The notes beneath the pieces are model-generated. The model was not told the origin of the DNA, did no database searches, and saw only the letters and a list, made by a program, of their open reading frames with translations. Position numbers and translations under genes: made by a program. Shown piece by piece: positions 1-10,036 of a stretch of DNA of 64,000 nucleotides (the first letter of the stretch is position 1; every line of letters starts with the position of its first letter). Origin of the DNA: Clostridia bacterium. GTDB taxonomy: Bacteria > Bacillota > Clostridia > TANB77 > CAG-508. Location of the stretch: positions 13 through 64,012 of the forward strand of contig JAAWKD010000002.1 in assembly GCA_022797215.1 (NCBI GenBank). The letters run 5' to 3'.

Positions 1-22
1 TAATACAATAAAAGGAGAAAAA

Positions 23-379
23 ATGGAGTGGAATTTTGAAAATGATAGGCCTATTTATATACAATTAGTTGAAAAAATGAAGCTTGCTATTGTAGCAGGA
101 GAATATCCAGCAGGGGAGAGACTTCCTTCTGTAAGAGATTTAGCCATAGAGATAAAAGCAAATCCAAATACAGTACAAAGGGCTTTGGTAGATTTAGAAC
201 AAACAGGATTGATTTACACCCAAAGAACAAATGGAAAATTTGTGACAGAAGATAAAGAATTAGTACAAAAAATTAGGGAAGAGTTAGCCAAAGAAACTTT
301 TAGTAAATTTCAGGAAAATATGAAACAACTAGGCTTTGGGGAAGATGAAATTAGACAGTATGTGATGAAACAAAAATAA
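23..379 (+). CDS. GntR-family (YtrA-like) transcriptional regulator
   Basis: 118-aa ORF with AAAGGAG SD upstream. The winged-helix stretch LPSVRDLAIEIKANPNTVQRALVDLEQTGLIYTQRTNGKFV is typical of short GntR/YtrA regulators. It heads an ABC ATPase + membrane protein operon. Confidence 0.85.
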   Translation: MEWNFENDRPIYIQLVEKMKLAIVAGEYPAGERLPSVRDLAIEIKANPNTVQRALVDLEQTGLIYTQRTNGKFVTEDKELVQKIREELAKETFSKFQENMKQLGFGEDEIRQYVMKQK

Positions 380-396
380 AGAAAGGGGAATGAAAA

Positions 397-1095
397 ATGG
401 AATTGATAACATGTAAAAGCTTATCCAAGGATTATGGTGTGAAAAAAGCTTTAGATAATGTTAGCTTCCAGATACCAGCAGGAAGAATAGTTGGTTTATT
501 AGGGAGTAATGGAAGTGGGAAAACTACTTTAATTAAAATTATGAATGAACTATTGGTGCCTACATCAGGAGAAATATTAATTGAGGGGCAAAGACCAGGA
601 ATAGAAAGCAAAAAGGTTATTTCTTATTTGCCAGAAAGAACTTATTTACCTTATGATAAAAAAGTAGCGGAGGTAATAGCATATTTTAAAGACTTTTATA
701 GTGACTTTAATGTAGAGAAGGCATATAAATTATTAGGTGAATTAGGGATAAAAAAAGAAGATAAATTAAAACAAATGTCAAAGGGAACGAAAGAGAAAGT
801 ACAACTAGTATTGGTCATGAGTAGGGAAGCAGATATTTATATATTAGATGAACCAATTGGTGGAGTAGATCCAGTTGCAAGGGATCAAATTTTAGATTTA
901 ATACTAAAGAATTTTAAAGAAGGTGCAAGCCTTATTATTTCTACACATTTAATAGCAGATATTGAGAAAATTTTAGATGATGTTATTTTTATTCATCAAG
1001 GAAAAGTTTTATTAAATAGTAGTGCAGATGAAGTGAGAAATAAATATCATACGTCTATTGAAAATGCATTTAAGGAGGTATTTAAACAATGTTAG
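397..1095 (+). CDS. ABC transporter ATP-binding protein
   Basis: Walker A GSNGSGKTT, signature-like MSKGTKEKV, Walker B IYILDEP, H-loop STHL. SD GAAAGGGG upstream. Confidence 0.9.
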   Translation: MELITCKSLSKDYGVKKALDNVSFQIPAGRIVGLLGSNGSGKTTLIKIMNELLVPTSGEILIEGQRPGIESKKVISYLPERTYLPYDKKVAEVIAYFKDFYSDFNVEKAYKLLGELGIKKEDKLKQMSKGTKEKVQLVLVMSREADIYILDEPIGGVDPVARDQILDLILKNFKEGASLIISTHLIADIEKILDDVIFIHQGKVLLNSSADEVRNKYHTSIENAFKEVFKQC

Positions 1096-1517
1096 GAAAG
1101 TTATTAAAATATGAAATGAAATCACAGGGAAAAAGCTTATTTCTATTTTGGATGGCAATTTTAGGATTAGGGTTATTAGTAAGAATATTCAGTTTATTAG
1201 AAGAAGCTGTGCCTATTTTTCAATATTTAATACCTATTTCAATATTCACCTTTGTTCTTGCTATTGTGCTTAGTCTTGTTTATTGTTTTTTCTTAGCCAT
1301 TAGAAATTATTATAAAAAAGTGTTAAGAGAAGAAGGATATTTGACCAATACATTACCAGTAAAAAAGAGTAGCATCATATTATCTTTTTTAATTACAGAT
1401 GTGGTAGCACTTATTGTAACAGTTGCGTTTAGTTTTTTAGGCTGTCTTATTGCTTTGGGTTCAGGTAGTGAAGAAATAAGGAGTATGTGGGAGGCATTTT
1501 CTATTTCTATAGAGTAA
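1089..1517 (+). CDS. Membrane protein, N-terminal part of the putative permease partner of the ABC ATPase (ends at an in-frame TAA)
   Basis: Overlaps the ATPase stop (ATGTTAGG). Multi-span hydrophobic sequence. Same reading frame as the next ORF, separated only by TAA at 1515-1517. Confidence 0.5.
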   Translation: MLGKLLKYEMKSQGKSLFLFWMAILGLGLLVRIFSLLEEAVPIFQYLIPISIFTFVLAIVLSLVYCFFLAIRNYYKKVLREEGYLTNTLPVKKSSIILSFLITDVVALIVTVAFSFLGCLIALGSGSEEIRSMWEAFSISIE

Positions 1518-1526
1518 GAATTTAAT

Positions 1527-1889
1527 ATGAGTATAGAAACTGTTAGATGTATTCTTGCAGGAGCTATGTTGTTAGGATATATTAATACAATTTCGCTATT
1601 TTATGCAGCTATGACAGTAGGGCATAGCTTTTCGCAGAATAAGATTGCGAATTCTATTGGAGTAGGAGTTGCCTTTTATATGATATTTCAATTTTTAAAT
1701 GTAATAGAAATGATAGTGATTTTCTTAAAGAATAAAATGGACTTTACAAATGCTTTAGTGACAAATGAGGTACCATATGAATTAATTGGGACAATTCTTG
1801 GTGAGGCTCTTATCGTAGTAGCTATTTCTTTGATTACTACTTATACATTTACGAATTATTTTTTAAGCAGAAAATTAAATCTAGAATAG
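1527..1889 (+). CDS. Membrane protein, C-terminal continuation of the previous ORF
   Basis: Same frame as 1089..1517 and no SD in front of its ATG. Hydrophobic helices. Followed by a bidirectional terminator. Confidence 0.45.
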   Translation: MSIETVRCILAGAMLLGYINTISLFYAAMTVGHSFSQNKIANSIGVGVAFYMIFQFLNVIEMIVIFLKNKMDFTNALVTNEVPYELIGTILGEALIVVAISLITTYTFTNYFLSRKLNLE

Positions 1890-1893
1890 ATGT

Positions 1894-1926
1894 AAAAAAA
1901 CCAGCAAGTATTTATTTGCTGGTTTA
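1894..1926. terminator. Bidirectional intrinsic terminator
   Basis: A-run, stem CCAGCAA...TTGCTGG, then T-run, between convergent ORFs. Confidence 0.7.
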
Positions 1927-1937
1927 CTGTTATGAAA

Positions 1938-2216
1938 TTAACTTTTAATTTCCTTTTGAATTTTACTAAAAGCAAAGGCGAAAACAACAAAGCCTACGAT
2001 AAAAAATAAGCTAGTTTTAAATAAAGAAAATCCAATATCATAAACAAAAGGAATGGTATAAACAAAGTCATATGTAAGCAAAACGAGAATGGATAAAATA
2101 CTTAAGCAAAAAGAAAATTTAATTCCAGATTTCATTAAATTTAAGATGGAATGATCCATTTCTTTAAATTCTAATAATAATTGACGCATAAAGATACCCC
2201 TTTCCAATAAAGTCAT
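1938..2216 (-). CDS. Small integral membrane protein, unknown function
   Basis: 92-aa ORF with two or three hydrophobic helices. No motif recognised. Confidence 0.45.
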   Translation of the reverse strand: MTLLERGIFMRQLLLEFKEMDHSILNLMKSGIKFSFCLSILSILVLLTYDFVYTIPFVYDIGFSLFKTSLFFIVGFVVFAFAFSKIQKEIKS

Positions 2217-2441
2217 CTAACTTATATTTATGATACCATAAATAAAATCATGAAAGCAAAGGTAATTTATACCAAGAAAAGGAGAAAAAGAAAAAACTCC
2301 ACTATTAAAATAAATGGAGTTCAAATAACTTATTTGCTAAAGTATAACTTAACTGCAATTTACGTACATTCATACAGTTAAGAAGTCTACATTACTAAAG
2401 TTTCCTAAAACTAATAAAACTGTGCACAATTTTATTAAAAT

Positions 2442-2705
2442 TTAGTTCATAGCATTTAATTTTTTAGCCATATTAGATTTTTTCCTAGCTGCAGTGTTTT
2501 TTACGATAACACCTTTTGTACAAGCTTGATCTACTTTTTTTGTAGCAAAAGAAAATAATTCAGTAGCTTCTGCTTTATTTCCGGCTTCTACGGCTTGTTC
2601 GAATTTCTTAACAGCTGATTTATATCCAGATTTAATCATATTATTTCTAAGAGTTTTCTTTTCAATAACACTAACACGTTTAATTGCTGATTTGATATTT
2701 GGCAT
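2442..2705 (-). CDS. rpsT: 30S ribosomal protein S20
   Basis: [26 protein letters not shown]... is the canonical S20 N-terminus. Basic 87-aa protein with SD GGGAGGTG upstream. Confidence 0.95.
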   Translation of the reverse strand: MPNIKSAIKRVSVIEKKTLRNNMIKSGYKSAVKKFEQAVEAGNKAEATELFSFATKKVDQACTKGVIVKNTAARKKSNMAKKLNAMN

Positions 2706-2923
2706 CTTTTGGCACCTCCCTTTTGTAAGTTCATAATTTAACAGTGTTTATTATAGCATGGAAAAAGAGATTTGGCAAGAGAAAACTGAACATTTCTATG
2801 AAAGCAATAAATTTATTTAAAAGAATAATGAATTTCAAAAAAAACTTGAAAAGAAAAAAGAAAACGTATATAATAAATTTATACCAAAGACAGCAAAGAA
2901 AAAATTTGGAAGGAGAGATATTT

Positions 2924-3457
2924 ATGAACATTAAAATAGTAGGAAAAGAATTAAAAGCAACAGATGCAATTAAAGAGTATATTGGTAAAAAATCAGAAAG
3001 ATTAATAAAATATTTTGGAGAAGAATTTGATGTTACAGCAACGATTAAAACAGAAGGCGGAATGCAAGTAGCAGAGACAGAAGTAAGAACACCAACAGAT
3101 AGATTTAGAGCAGTAACAGCACATAGAGACTTATATGCTTCTATTGACAAAAATATAGATATTTTAGAAGGTCAAATTAGAAAAATGAAGACGAAAAAAG
3201 ATCAACAAAATATGACTGATTCTATTCGTAACAAGGAAATTGCAAGAGAAGTAGAAGCGCACCCAATTGAAGGTGAAATTATTAAAACATTATATTATGA
3301 AATTAAACCATTATCACCAGAAGATGCAAAACTAAAACTAGAAGAAAAACCACAAGATAGATTTTTAACATTTATCAACATTGAAACAGGAAAAGTAAAT
3401 GTTATTTATCGTTTGAAAGATAATAGCAACTATGGTTTAGTAGAACCAGAAGCTTAA
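2924..3457 (+). CDS. hpf: Ribosome hibernation-promoting factor (long HPF)
   Basis: Start moved to the ATG at 2924, behind GGAAGGAGAG. MNIKIVGKELKATDAIKEYIGKKSERLIKYF... plus a C-terminal dimerisation domain (IIKTLYYEIKPLSPEDA...FLTFINIETGKVNVIYRLKDNSNYGLVEP). The upstream part of the supplied ORF is lysine-rich and non-coding-looking. Confidence 0.9.
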   Translation: MNIKIVGKELKATDAIKEYIGKKSERLIKYFGEEFDVTATIKTEGGMQVAETEVRTPTDRFRAVTAHRDLYASIDKNIDILEGQIRKMKTKKDQQNMTDSIRNKEIAREVEAHPIEGEIIKTLYYEIKPLSPEDAKLKLEEKPQDRFLTFINIETGKVNVIYRLKDNSNYGLVEPEA

Positions 3458-3471
3458 GTAAATAATTATAT

Positions 3472-3517
3472 AAAAAGAAACCTATCTAAATATGTAATCT
3501 AAATAGGTTTCTTTTTT
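3472..3517. terminator. Intrinsic terminator after hpf
   Basis: Stem GAAACCTAT...ATAGGTTTC followed by TTTTTT. Confidence 0.75.
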
Positions 3518-3557
3518 GCTGTATAAGTATACAACAAGGATTGTTTCTTAAATGAAA

Positions 3558-3758
3558 CTATTTCATTTGGTTTTCAGCTTGTTGAATTAACTTTTTAACC
3601 ATTTGTCCACCGATTCTACCAGCATCTCTTGCAGATAAATCACCGTTGTAACCTTGTTTTAAGTTAACACCAACTTCACTAGCTACTTCATATTTGAATT
3701 TGTTAAGAGCTTCTTTAGCTTCTGGAACTACAGAACGATTGCTATTGTTGTTTGCCAT
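3558..3758 (-). CDS. Alpha/beta-type small acid-soluble spore protein
   Basis: MANNNSNRSVVPEAKEALNKFKYEVASEVGV...GDLSARDAGRIGGQMVKKLI matches the two conserved SASP blocks. Start taken at the ATG behind AGGAGGTG. Confidence 0.9.
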   Translation of the reverse strand: MANNNSNRSVVPEAKEALNKFKYEVASEVGVNLKQGYNGDLSARDAGRIGGQMVKKLIQQAENQMK

Positions 3759-4024
3759 GTCTTTCACCTCCTAAGTTATGTGATAATTGTTCATTTGAAA
3801 AAACTATTTAATTGCTTTTTCAGTATTTATGTTGTGCAATAAAAATGAAAATACACTGGAAATTTTTAGAAAATAATAGATTTTTAAATTTTATAAGACC
3901 CAATAAAATTCATTGACAAATTTCTACAAAAAAGAATATAATGTTGATAAATAAAAAACAATAATAAAAAATATATTTATTTTAAGTAGATTTTATAAAT
4001 ATATTCTATAAGGAGTAACTTAAG

Positions 4025-5038
4025 ATGAAGAAAATAAAAAATTTTTTCATGTCATTACTTTGCATTTTTGCAACTTTAATAGTAGTTGCATTAGTAATAA
4101 AGCTAGCAATTCAAATTTTTGATACTACTGTATATGCAGACGTAGGAAGTTTTGAAGATTATAGCAGTGGAAGTGACTGGGGTGGTTCCTCTTGGGGTGG
4201 TTCCTCTTGGGATCGTGGAAGTTCATGGGATAGTAGCAGTTGGGGAAGTTCTTGGGATGATGATGATTATAGTTCTAGTGGAGGTTTTTTCTTTTTCGGC
4301 GGTGGATGGAGTTTCATTATCTTTTTGATTATTGTAATTGCAGTTGTAGTTGCTAAAAATAGTGGAAAAAATAGAAATACAGGAAATAGCCGTCGTAACG
4401 ATGAATTCTATAGACGTATGACTCAGAATAATATGCCAAACATGCAAGCATTAGATGCCACACAAACCCAAATTGAGAACAAAATTCAAGCAAATGATCC
4501 TGCATTTAATAAAGAAGAGTTTGTAGCTTGGAGTAAAAACTTATTTGTCAAATTACAACAAGCTTGGACTGCTAGAGATTGGTCTACTATTAGGACATTT
4601 GAAACAGAAAACTTATTTGAACAACATAAAAATCAATTACAAGGATACATCAATAATAATCAAATCAATGTTATGGATAGAATTTGTGTAAACTATGCTC
4701 ATTTATATAATTACCGTGTAGAAGGAGATAAAGAAATTCTAACAGTAAGATTAAATTCTAGAATGGAAGACTATATTATAGATGCTACTACAAAACAAGT
4801 AATAAAGGGACAAAAAGGTTTAGATAAAGTTAATACCTATTTACTAACTTTTATTAGAAAAAATGGAGTAAAAACGAAACCAGGAACAATAGAAGTTAAT
4901 ACAACAAATTGTCCAAACTGTGGAGCTCCAACACAAATTACATCTAGTGGAAAATGTGACTATTGTGGAAGTGTTATTACAACAGGAGAATATAACTGGG
5001 TATTATCTAATTTACAAAGAGAGAATGTTAGACTTTAA
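4025..5038 (+). CDS. Membrane-anchored Tim44-like domain protein with an SSWG repeat linker and a C-terminal zinc ribbon
   Basis: N-terminal TM helix; repeat SSWGGSSWGGSSWDRGSSWDSSSWGSSWDDDD; second TM helix; C-terminal CPNCGAP...CDYCGS ribbon. The Tim44-like assignment is from memory of similar bacterial proteins. Confidence 0.55.
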   Translation: MKKIKNFFMSLLCIFATLIVVALVIKLAIQIFDTTVYADVGSFEDYSSGSDWGGSSWGGSSWDRGSSWDSSSWGSSWDDDDYSSSGGFFFFGGGWSFIIFLIIVIAVVVAKNSGKNRNTGNSRRNDEFYRRMTQNNMPNMQALDATQTQIENKIQANDPAFNKEEFVAWSKNLFVKLQQAWTARDWSTIRTFETENLFEQHKNQLQGYINNNQINVMDRICVNYAHLYNYRVEGDKEILTVRLNSRMEDYIIDATTKQVIKGQKGLDKVNTYLLTFIRKNGVKTKPGTIEVNTTNCPNCGAPTQITSSGKCDYCGSVITTGEYNWVLSNLQRENVRL

Positions 5039-5097
5039 AGTAGAATGATTTTAAATAAAAAATAAATCAATTTTTATGAAAGAAAGGAAGAAAAAAT

Positions 5098-6342
5098 ATG
5101 GGATTATTTAAAGCAGCAAAAGATGCTATAGGAGGAACCTTAGCTGATCAATGGAAAGAGGCTATTCGTTGTGATGACATGTCGAATAATGTATTAATGG
5201 TAAAGAAAACAACTCCAAATGGAGTAATTAGCAACAAAAGTACCATTATTGTAGCACCAGGACAATGTGCCGTTATTTTTGATAATGGTAAGGTTATTGA
5301 TGCAACAGCAGAAGAAGGATTTTATCAATTTGATAGTTCAACATCTCCATCTTTTTTTGCAGGAGATTTTGGCAAAACTTTTAAAGAAATGTGGGAAAGG
5401 TTTACATACAATGGAGCAACAGCTAAACAACAAGCTGTATTCTTCTTTAATACAAAGGAAATATTAGATAATAAGTTTGGAACACCTGCACCAATTCCAT
5501 TCCAAGATTGGTCACATCCAATTCCAAATCAAATGACGAATACCTTAACACCAATGAGAGTAGAAATTAAATGTTTTGGAAAATATACATTTAAGATTAG
5601 TAATCCAGCAGTATTTATGCAAGAAATAGCGGGAACAGCAGATAGATATACAAAAGAACAAATTGTAGAACAAATGCGTGCAGAAGTTATCGCAGTGTTC
5701 CAAAACTTAATCAATGAATTAGGTTCTGAAAGACATAAAGTTCCTGTGCTTGAAATGCCAAGTCAAACAGATGAAATTAGAACTATGATGGATGAAATGG
5801 TATTTGATGAGCAGGTTAGAAGAAGAGGAATTTCGATTGTATGTTTTGCAGTTGAATCAGTAACACTTGATGAAGAATCAGAAGCAAAAATTGATAATTA
5901 TGAGTTTAGTTCAAATGCGCATTTACAACAAGGAAGATTAGTAGATGCTTATGCAGAAGCGGTTCAAAAAGCTGCTGAAAACAAAAGTGGTTCTATTAAT
6001 GGCTTTATGGGAATTGGTATGATGAATATGGCAACTAATGGAATGACAAGTGGAGCTGCAAATGGTCCTTGGCAGAATGCACAAAATAGCCAAATGGATT
6101 TAAGCAAGCAAAATATAGAAAATGCACCAAAAACAACAGAAGAACAAATGAAAGTTGCAATGGTAGGCAAAGTAGAAGATACAGAGTGGACTTGTGAATG
6201 TGGTTCAAAAAATAATGGAAAATTCTGTGGAAATTGTGGAAAAGCAAAGCCAACGCAAGATAAAAAACAATGTCCAAATTGCAAAGCAATGAGTGATAAA
6301 AATGCAAAATTCTGTGGTGAGTGTGGAACAAAACTTGACTAA
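5098..6342 (+). CDS. SPFH/virion-core-like domain protein with C-terminal double zinc ribbon
   Basis: 414 aa. The N-terminal 280 aa resemble SPFH-like YdjI-type proteins. The C-terminus has CECGSKNNGKFCGNCG and CPNCKAMSDKNAKFCGECG. Confidence 0.6.
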   Translation: MGLFKAAKDAIGGTLADQWKEAIRCDDMSNNVLMVKKTTPNGVISNKSTIIVAPGQCAVIFDNGKVIDATAEEGFYQFDSSTSPSFFAGDFGKTFKEMWERFTYNGATAKQQAVFFFNTKEILDNKFGTPAPIPFQDWSHPIPNQMTNTLTPMRVEIKCFGKYTFKISNPAVFMQEIAGTADRYTKEQIVEQMRAEVIAVFQNLINELGSERHKVPVLEMPSQTDEIRTMMDEMVFDEQVRRRGISIVCFAVESVTLDEESEAKIDNYEFSSNAHLQQGRLVDAYAEAVQKAAENKSGSINGFMGIGMMNMATNGMTSGAANGPWQNAQNSQMDLSKQNIENAPKTTEEQMKVAMVGKVEDTEWTCECGSKNNGKFCGNCGKAKPTQDKKQCPNCKAMSDKNAKFCGECGTKLD

Positions 6343-6423
6343 AATAGGATAAATAGAACATAATAAAAGAAAGTATATTACATAAACAGAGTAATATACT
6401 TTCTGTATGTAAAAGGAGAAAAA

Positions 6424-7303
6424 ATGTATAAATTAGTTGCAATTGATTTAGATGGTACTTTATTAGATACTTATCGGGCAAGCTTCGAGCCAAAACTGTC
6501 AAGTGGTTAAGCAAGCAATGGAAAAGGGAGTAGAAGTTGTACTAACAACAGGAAGAAGTCCAGCATCTGTTAAAAACTTAGCAGAAGAAACTGGAGCAAA
6601 TCACTATATTATTTGCGGAAATGGTGCGATTGTTTATGATTTGCAAAAAGAAGAGACTATTTATCAGAATTTACTAGATAAGAAAAAAGTATTACAATTA
6701 ATTCAAATTTGTGAAGAAAATAGTATTTATTATAACGTATATACGGAAAATACCATTATTACAAAAACCTTGAACTATAACACACTTTTCTATCATCATG
6801 AAAATAGTAGGAAACCAGATGATAAAAAAACGAATATACATATTGTACAAGACATTTATCAATATGTAAAAGATAGGGAAGAAGAAGATTACAGTAAAAT
6901 CATGATTTGTGATGATAATAATATTATTTTTAGCAGTATTATTAAAAAATTAAAAATGGTTAAGAATGTAGATGTTTTAGATGTAGGTCACATGTCTAAA
7001 AAGATTATTAAAAATGGAACAGAGGAATTACCATTAGAATATTACTATACTGAAATAAGTAGCCAAAATGTAGATAAATGGAGTGCCATTTTAAAATTAA
7101 TTGAAAAATTAGAGATTAAACCAGAAGAAGTGATGGCAATAGGTGATAATGTAAATGACAAAACAATGCTAGAAAACGCGGGAATGGGTGTTGCAATGGG
7201 AAATAGTGCACCATATATCCAAGAAATGGCAGATGAGGTAACTTTAGACAATAACTCAGATGGAGTAGCAGTTACGATTGAAAAGCATATTTTAACAGTA
7301 TAA
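6424..7303 (+). pseudogene. Cof-type HAD-IIB phosphatase, +1 frameshift near codon 18
   Basis: MYKLVAIDLDGTLLDTY (HAD motif I, DxDGT) starts at 6424 behind AAAGGAGA and stops at 6508-6510. The rest (VKQAMEKGVEVVLTTGR...GDNVNDKTMLENAGMGVAMGN) continues in the +1 frame to 7303. Confidence 0.75.
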
Positions 7304-7406
7304 AAGAAAATAAAATGCACACAACTATTATTAATAGAAGTGTGTGTTTTTGTTGTGTATAAACTAAAAACAAATTGTCACACAAAAATAGAAAGGAGAA
7401 ATTTTT

Positions 7407-7553
7407 ATGAATAAAAAGAATAAAATAGGAAATATGGAAGAAATGGAAGATGTGACTAAATATGGGGAGTTTGTGTCCTCCTATTTTGCTTGGCTTACAT
7501 TAGAACATCAAAAAGAAAATGCAGATAAAATGGAAGATATGACAAAAAAATAG
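7407..7553 (+). CDS. Possible 48-aa small protein
   Basis: ATG 7 nt after GAAAGGAGA. Below the ORF-track length cutoff, with no homology signal. Confidence 0.25.
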   Translation: MNKKNKIGNMEEMEDVTKYGEFVSSYFAWLTLEHQKENADKMEDMTKK

Positions 7554-7579
7554 TTCACCAAATATTCACAAAAAATATA

Positions 7580-7634
7580 TTGACAAACAGAAAAAAGAGA
7601 GTATAATAAAACTATAGGTCAAAGAAAGTCAAAG
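7580..7634 (+). promoter_or_regulatory. SigA-type promoter plus CtsR operator of the ctsR operon
   Basis: TTGACA (7580-7585), 16 nt, TATAAT (7602-7607). Directly followed by the tandem heptad GGTCAAAGAAAGTCAAAG (7617-7634), which matches the CtsR box consensus (A/G)GTCAAANAN(A/G)GTCAAA. Confidence 0.8.
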
Positions 7635-7669
7635 TCTAAAAATGCTAATAAAAGAAAGGAAGTGATGGA

Positions 7670-8119
7670 TTGAGAATATCGGATATTATAGAAGAATTTA
7701 TCAAAGAAATGTTTTCAGAAGATGACTCTATTGAAATTCAAAGAAATGATTTAGCAGAGTACTTTAATTGTGTACCATCTCAAATCAATTATGTAATAGC
7801 AACAAGGTTCAAGCCATCACAAGGATATTATGTAGAAAGCAAGCGTGGTGGTGGAGGACATATTAAGATTACAAAAGTCAATATTACCAAAAGTAATTAT
7901 TTAATGCATGCAATTAGTAGTATTGATAATAAGATTACAGCACAAGAGGTAGACATTTTCATCAGTAATTTCTTATCAGAGGGCATTATTTCTGAAACAG
8001 AGGCGAAACTTTTAAAAGTAGCAACAAGTGATAATGTCTTAATTGTACCACAAGAGATAAAAGATATGCTAAGAGCAAATATCTTAAAAAATATGTTAAT
8101 TAATTTAGTAGAAGATTAG
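7670..8119 (+). CDS. ctsR: Class III stress gene repressor CtsR
   Basis: TTG start. RISDIIEEFIKEMF... and the glycine-rich loop KRGGGGHIKI are CtsR hallmarks. First gene of the ctsR-mcsA-mcsB-clpC order. Confidence 0.9.
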   Translation: MRISDIIEEFIKEMFSEDDSIEIQRNDLAEYFNCVPSQINYVIATRFKPSQGYYVESKRGGGGHIKITKVNITKSNYLMHAISSIDNKITAQEVDIFISNFLSEGIISETEAKLLKVATSDNVLIVPQEIKDMLRANILKNMLINLVED

Positions 8120-8132
8120 GAGGTTGATAGTT

Positions 8133-8699
8133 ATGTTATGTCAAAATTGTGGAAAAAATGAAGTGAATTTTCGTTATACACAAATTATTAATGGGGTAAA
8201 AAAGGAGATGGCACTTTGCGATAAATGTGCTAAAAGTTTAGGATTAGAAAGTTTGGATTTTAATATGCCAATTAACTTTTCTAACTTTTTAGGAGACTTT
8301 TTAAATGTAGCAGCAGATGCAGACATTTTGCCTAGTTTTACAAAAACAGGAGTATTGCAATGCAATGAATGTGGAATGACATACAATGAATTTGTAGATA
8401 CTGGTAAATTTGGATGTAGACATTGCTATGATATTTTTGCAAATGTATTAGACCCTGTACTTAAAAATATTCATGGTTCTAGTAATCATGTAGGAAGGAG
8501 AAGCAGGTTATCAGCAAGTGAGAAAAAGAAAGTAGCTCAAGATGTGCAGCAAGCACATAAGAAGGCTACAAAAGCAGTAAAGAAAGATGAAAAACAAGAA
8601 AAAATAGATAAATTAAATGAGGAATTGAAGCAAGCAATCAAAGAAGAACGATATGAAGATGCAGCAAAGTTAAGAGACGAAATTAAGAAGTTGTGTTAG
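8133..8699 (+). CDS. mcsA: Protein arginine kinase activator McsA
   Basis: Two CxxC zinc-finger pairs (CQNCGK...CDKCAK; CNECG...CRHC) and a C-terminal UVR motif EERYEDAAKLRDEIKKL. ATG at 8133 behind TAGGAGG. Confidence 0.85.
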   Translation: MLCQNCGKNEVNFRYTQIINGVKKEMALCDKCAKSLGLESLDFNMPINFSNFLGDFLNVAADADILPSFTKTGVLQCNECGMTYNEFVDTGKFGCRHCYDIFANVLDPVLKNIHGSSNHVGRRSRLSASEKKKVAQDVQQAHKKATKAVKKDEKQEKIDKLNEELKQAIKEERYEDAAKLRDEIKKLC

Positions 8700-8801
8700 G
8701 GCTTTAGCACTTACAAACTGCTATATACAGCGAAGCTGTATAAGAAGTTGGATAATTAAAACTTTAAATATATCTACTGTACAATAAAAGGAGGAAACAA
8801 A

Positions 8802-9818
8802 ATGCAAAATTGGTATTTACAAAATGGAAAAGATTCAGATGTAGTCATTAGTTCTAGAGTAAGACTTGCTAGGAATTTAGAAGAAATTCCATTTCCAACA
8901 AAATATTCTAAAGAACAAGCAAAAAGGGTACTAGAAAAGGTAAAAGAAATTGCACCAAGTATTGGATATGGAATTAAATATATGGAGTTAAACGATTTTG
9001 ATGATATCACCAAAGTAAGTTTAGTAGAAAAACATGTGATTAGTCCAGAGTTTGCTATGAATAAGATGAAAACAGGAGCAATTCTTTTAAATGATGAAGA
9101 AAATATATGCATGATGATTAATGAAGAAGATCACTTACATATGCAAGTATTTGCATCAGGTTTAGAATTAGAAAATTTGAAAAATTTAGCCATTGAATTA
9201 GATGAAAAACTAGACAAGTTATTAAACTATGCTACTCATGAAAAATATGGTTATTTAACTTCATGTCCAACTAATGTAGGGACAGCTATGAGGGCATCTG
9301 TTATGGTACATTTACCTGCTTTAACAATGACAGGGAATATCGGAAAAATCTTTAATATTGTAAATGGATTTGGCATGAATATTCGAGGAATCTATGGAGA
9401 AGGAACACAAAGTCAAGGCGAATTTTATCAGATTTCTAACAAACAATCATTAGGAATTACAGAAAATGATATTATTAAGAACTTAAATATTATTATTGAA
9501 AAGGTAATAGAACAAGAGAGGATGGCAAGAAAGTATTTAGCGAAAAATTCTATTGATTTAGAAGATAGAGTATATCGTGCTTATGGAACACTTGCTTATG
9601 CTACAAAACTTTCATCAGATGAGTGCAAAAAGCTATTATCTTTTGTAAAATTAGGTACAGATTTGGGAATTATTAAAGAATTGAATGATAGTAAAATATC
9701 AAAATTGTATTTATATAACCAACCAGCTAATTTGCAAAAATATGTGGGAAAACCATTAGATGGATATGAACGTGAGATTAAAAGGCCAGAAGTAGTGAAA
9801 GAGATAATACAAAGTTAG
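8802..9818 (+). CDS. mcsB: Protein arginine kinase McsB
   Basis: ATP:guanido phosphotransferase signature CPTNVGTAMRASVMVHLPAL. 338 aa, positioned between mcsA and clpC. Confidence 0.92.
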   Translation: MQNWYLQNGKDSDVVISSRVRLARNLEEIPFPTKYSKEQAKRVLEKVKEIAPSIGYGIKYMELNDFDDITKVSLVEKHVISPEFAMNKMKTGAILLNDEENICMMINEEDHLHMQVFASGLELENLKNLAIELDEKLDKLLNYATHEKYGYLTSCPTNVGTAMRASVMVHLPALTMTGNIGKIFNIVNGFGMNIRGIYGEGTQSQGEFYQISNKQSLGITENDIIKNLNIIIEKVIEQERMARKYLAKNSIDLEDRVYRAYGTLAYATKLSSDECKKLLSFVKLGTDLGIIKELNDSKISKLYLYNQPANLQKYVGKPLDGYEREIKRPEVVKEIIQS

Positions 9819-9823
9819 GTAAC

Positions 9824-9875
9824 AAAAAAAGACCACCCACAAAATATTTTTCAGTATTTTGTAGGTAGTCTGGTC
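9824..9875 (-). terminator. Intrinsic terminator of the antisense small gene
   Basis: Long stem GACCACCCACAAAATA...TATTTTGTAGGTAGTC. On the minus strand it is followed by TTTTTTT. There is no U-run on the plus strand. Confidence 0.55.
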
Positions 9876-9898
9876 TCCCACTTGGGAGGAATGAAGGT

Positions 9899-10036
9899 TT
9901 ACTTTTTACTTTCCTTAATAGCAAGCCCGATGATAAATGCTCCAAAGATAATGCTCATAGGAAGTGCGAGTCCAGGAATAAAGCTATGGAGAAAGCCTAA
10001 TCCAAAAGCAGACGCCATCATAGTAACAGTAATCAT
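9899..10036 (-). CDS. 45-aa hydrophobic peptide encoded antisense inside the clpC operon
   Basis: My own translation is MITVTMMASAFGLGFLHSFIPGLALPMSIIFGAFIIGLAIKESKK. GGAGGA lies 8 nt upstream of the ATG. The gene has its own promoter and terminator. It is shorter than the ORF-track cutoff. Confidence 0.55.
   Translation of the reverse strand: MITVTMMASAFGLGFLHSFIPGLALPMSIIFGAFIIGLAIKESKK

Noticed and set aside
2731-3150. 139-aa minus-strand ORF, and the long N-terminal extension of the 2744..3457 ORF
   Set aside because: The region between rpsT and hpf is an AT-rich promoter or leader. The hpf homology starts at MNIKIVGKEL, behind a good SD at 2924. The upstream translation is lysine-rich and lacks protein-like features.
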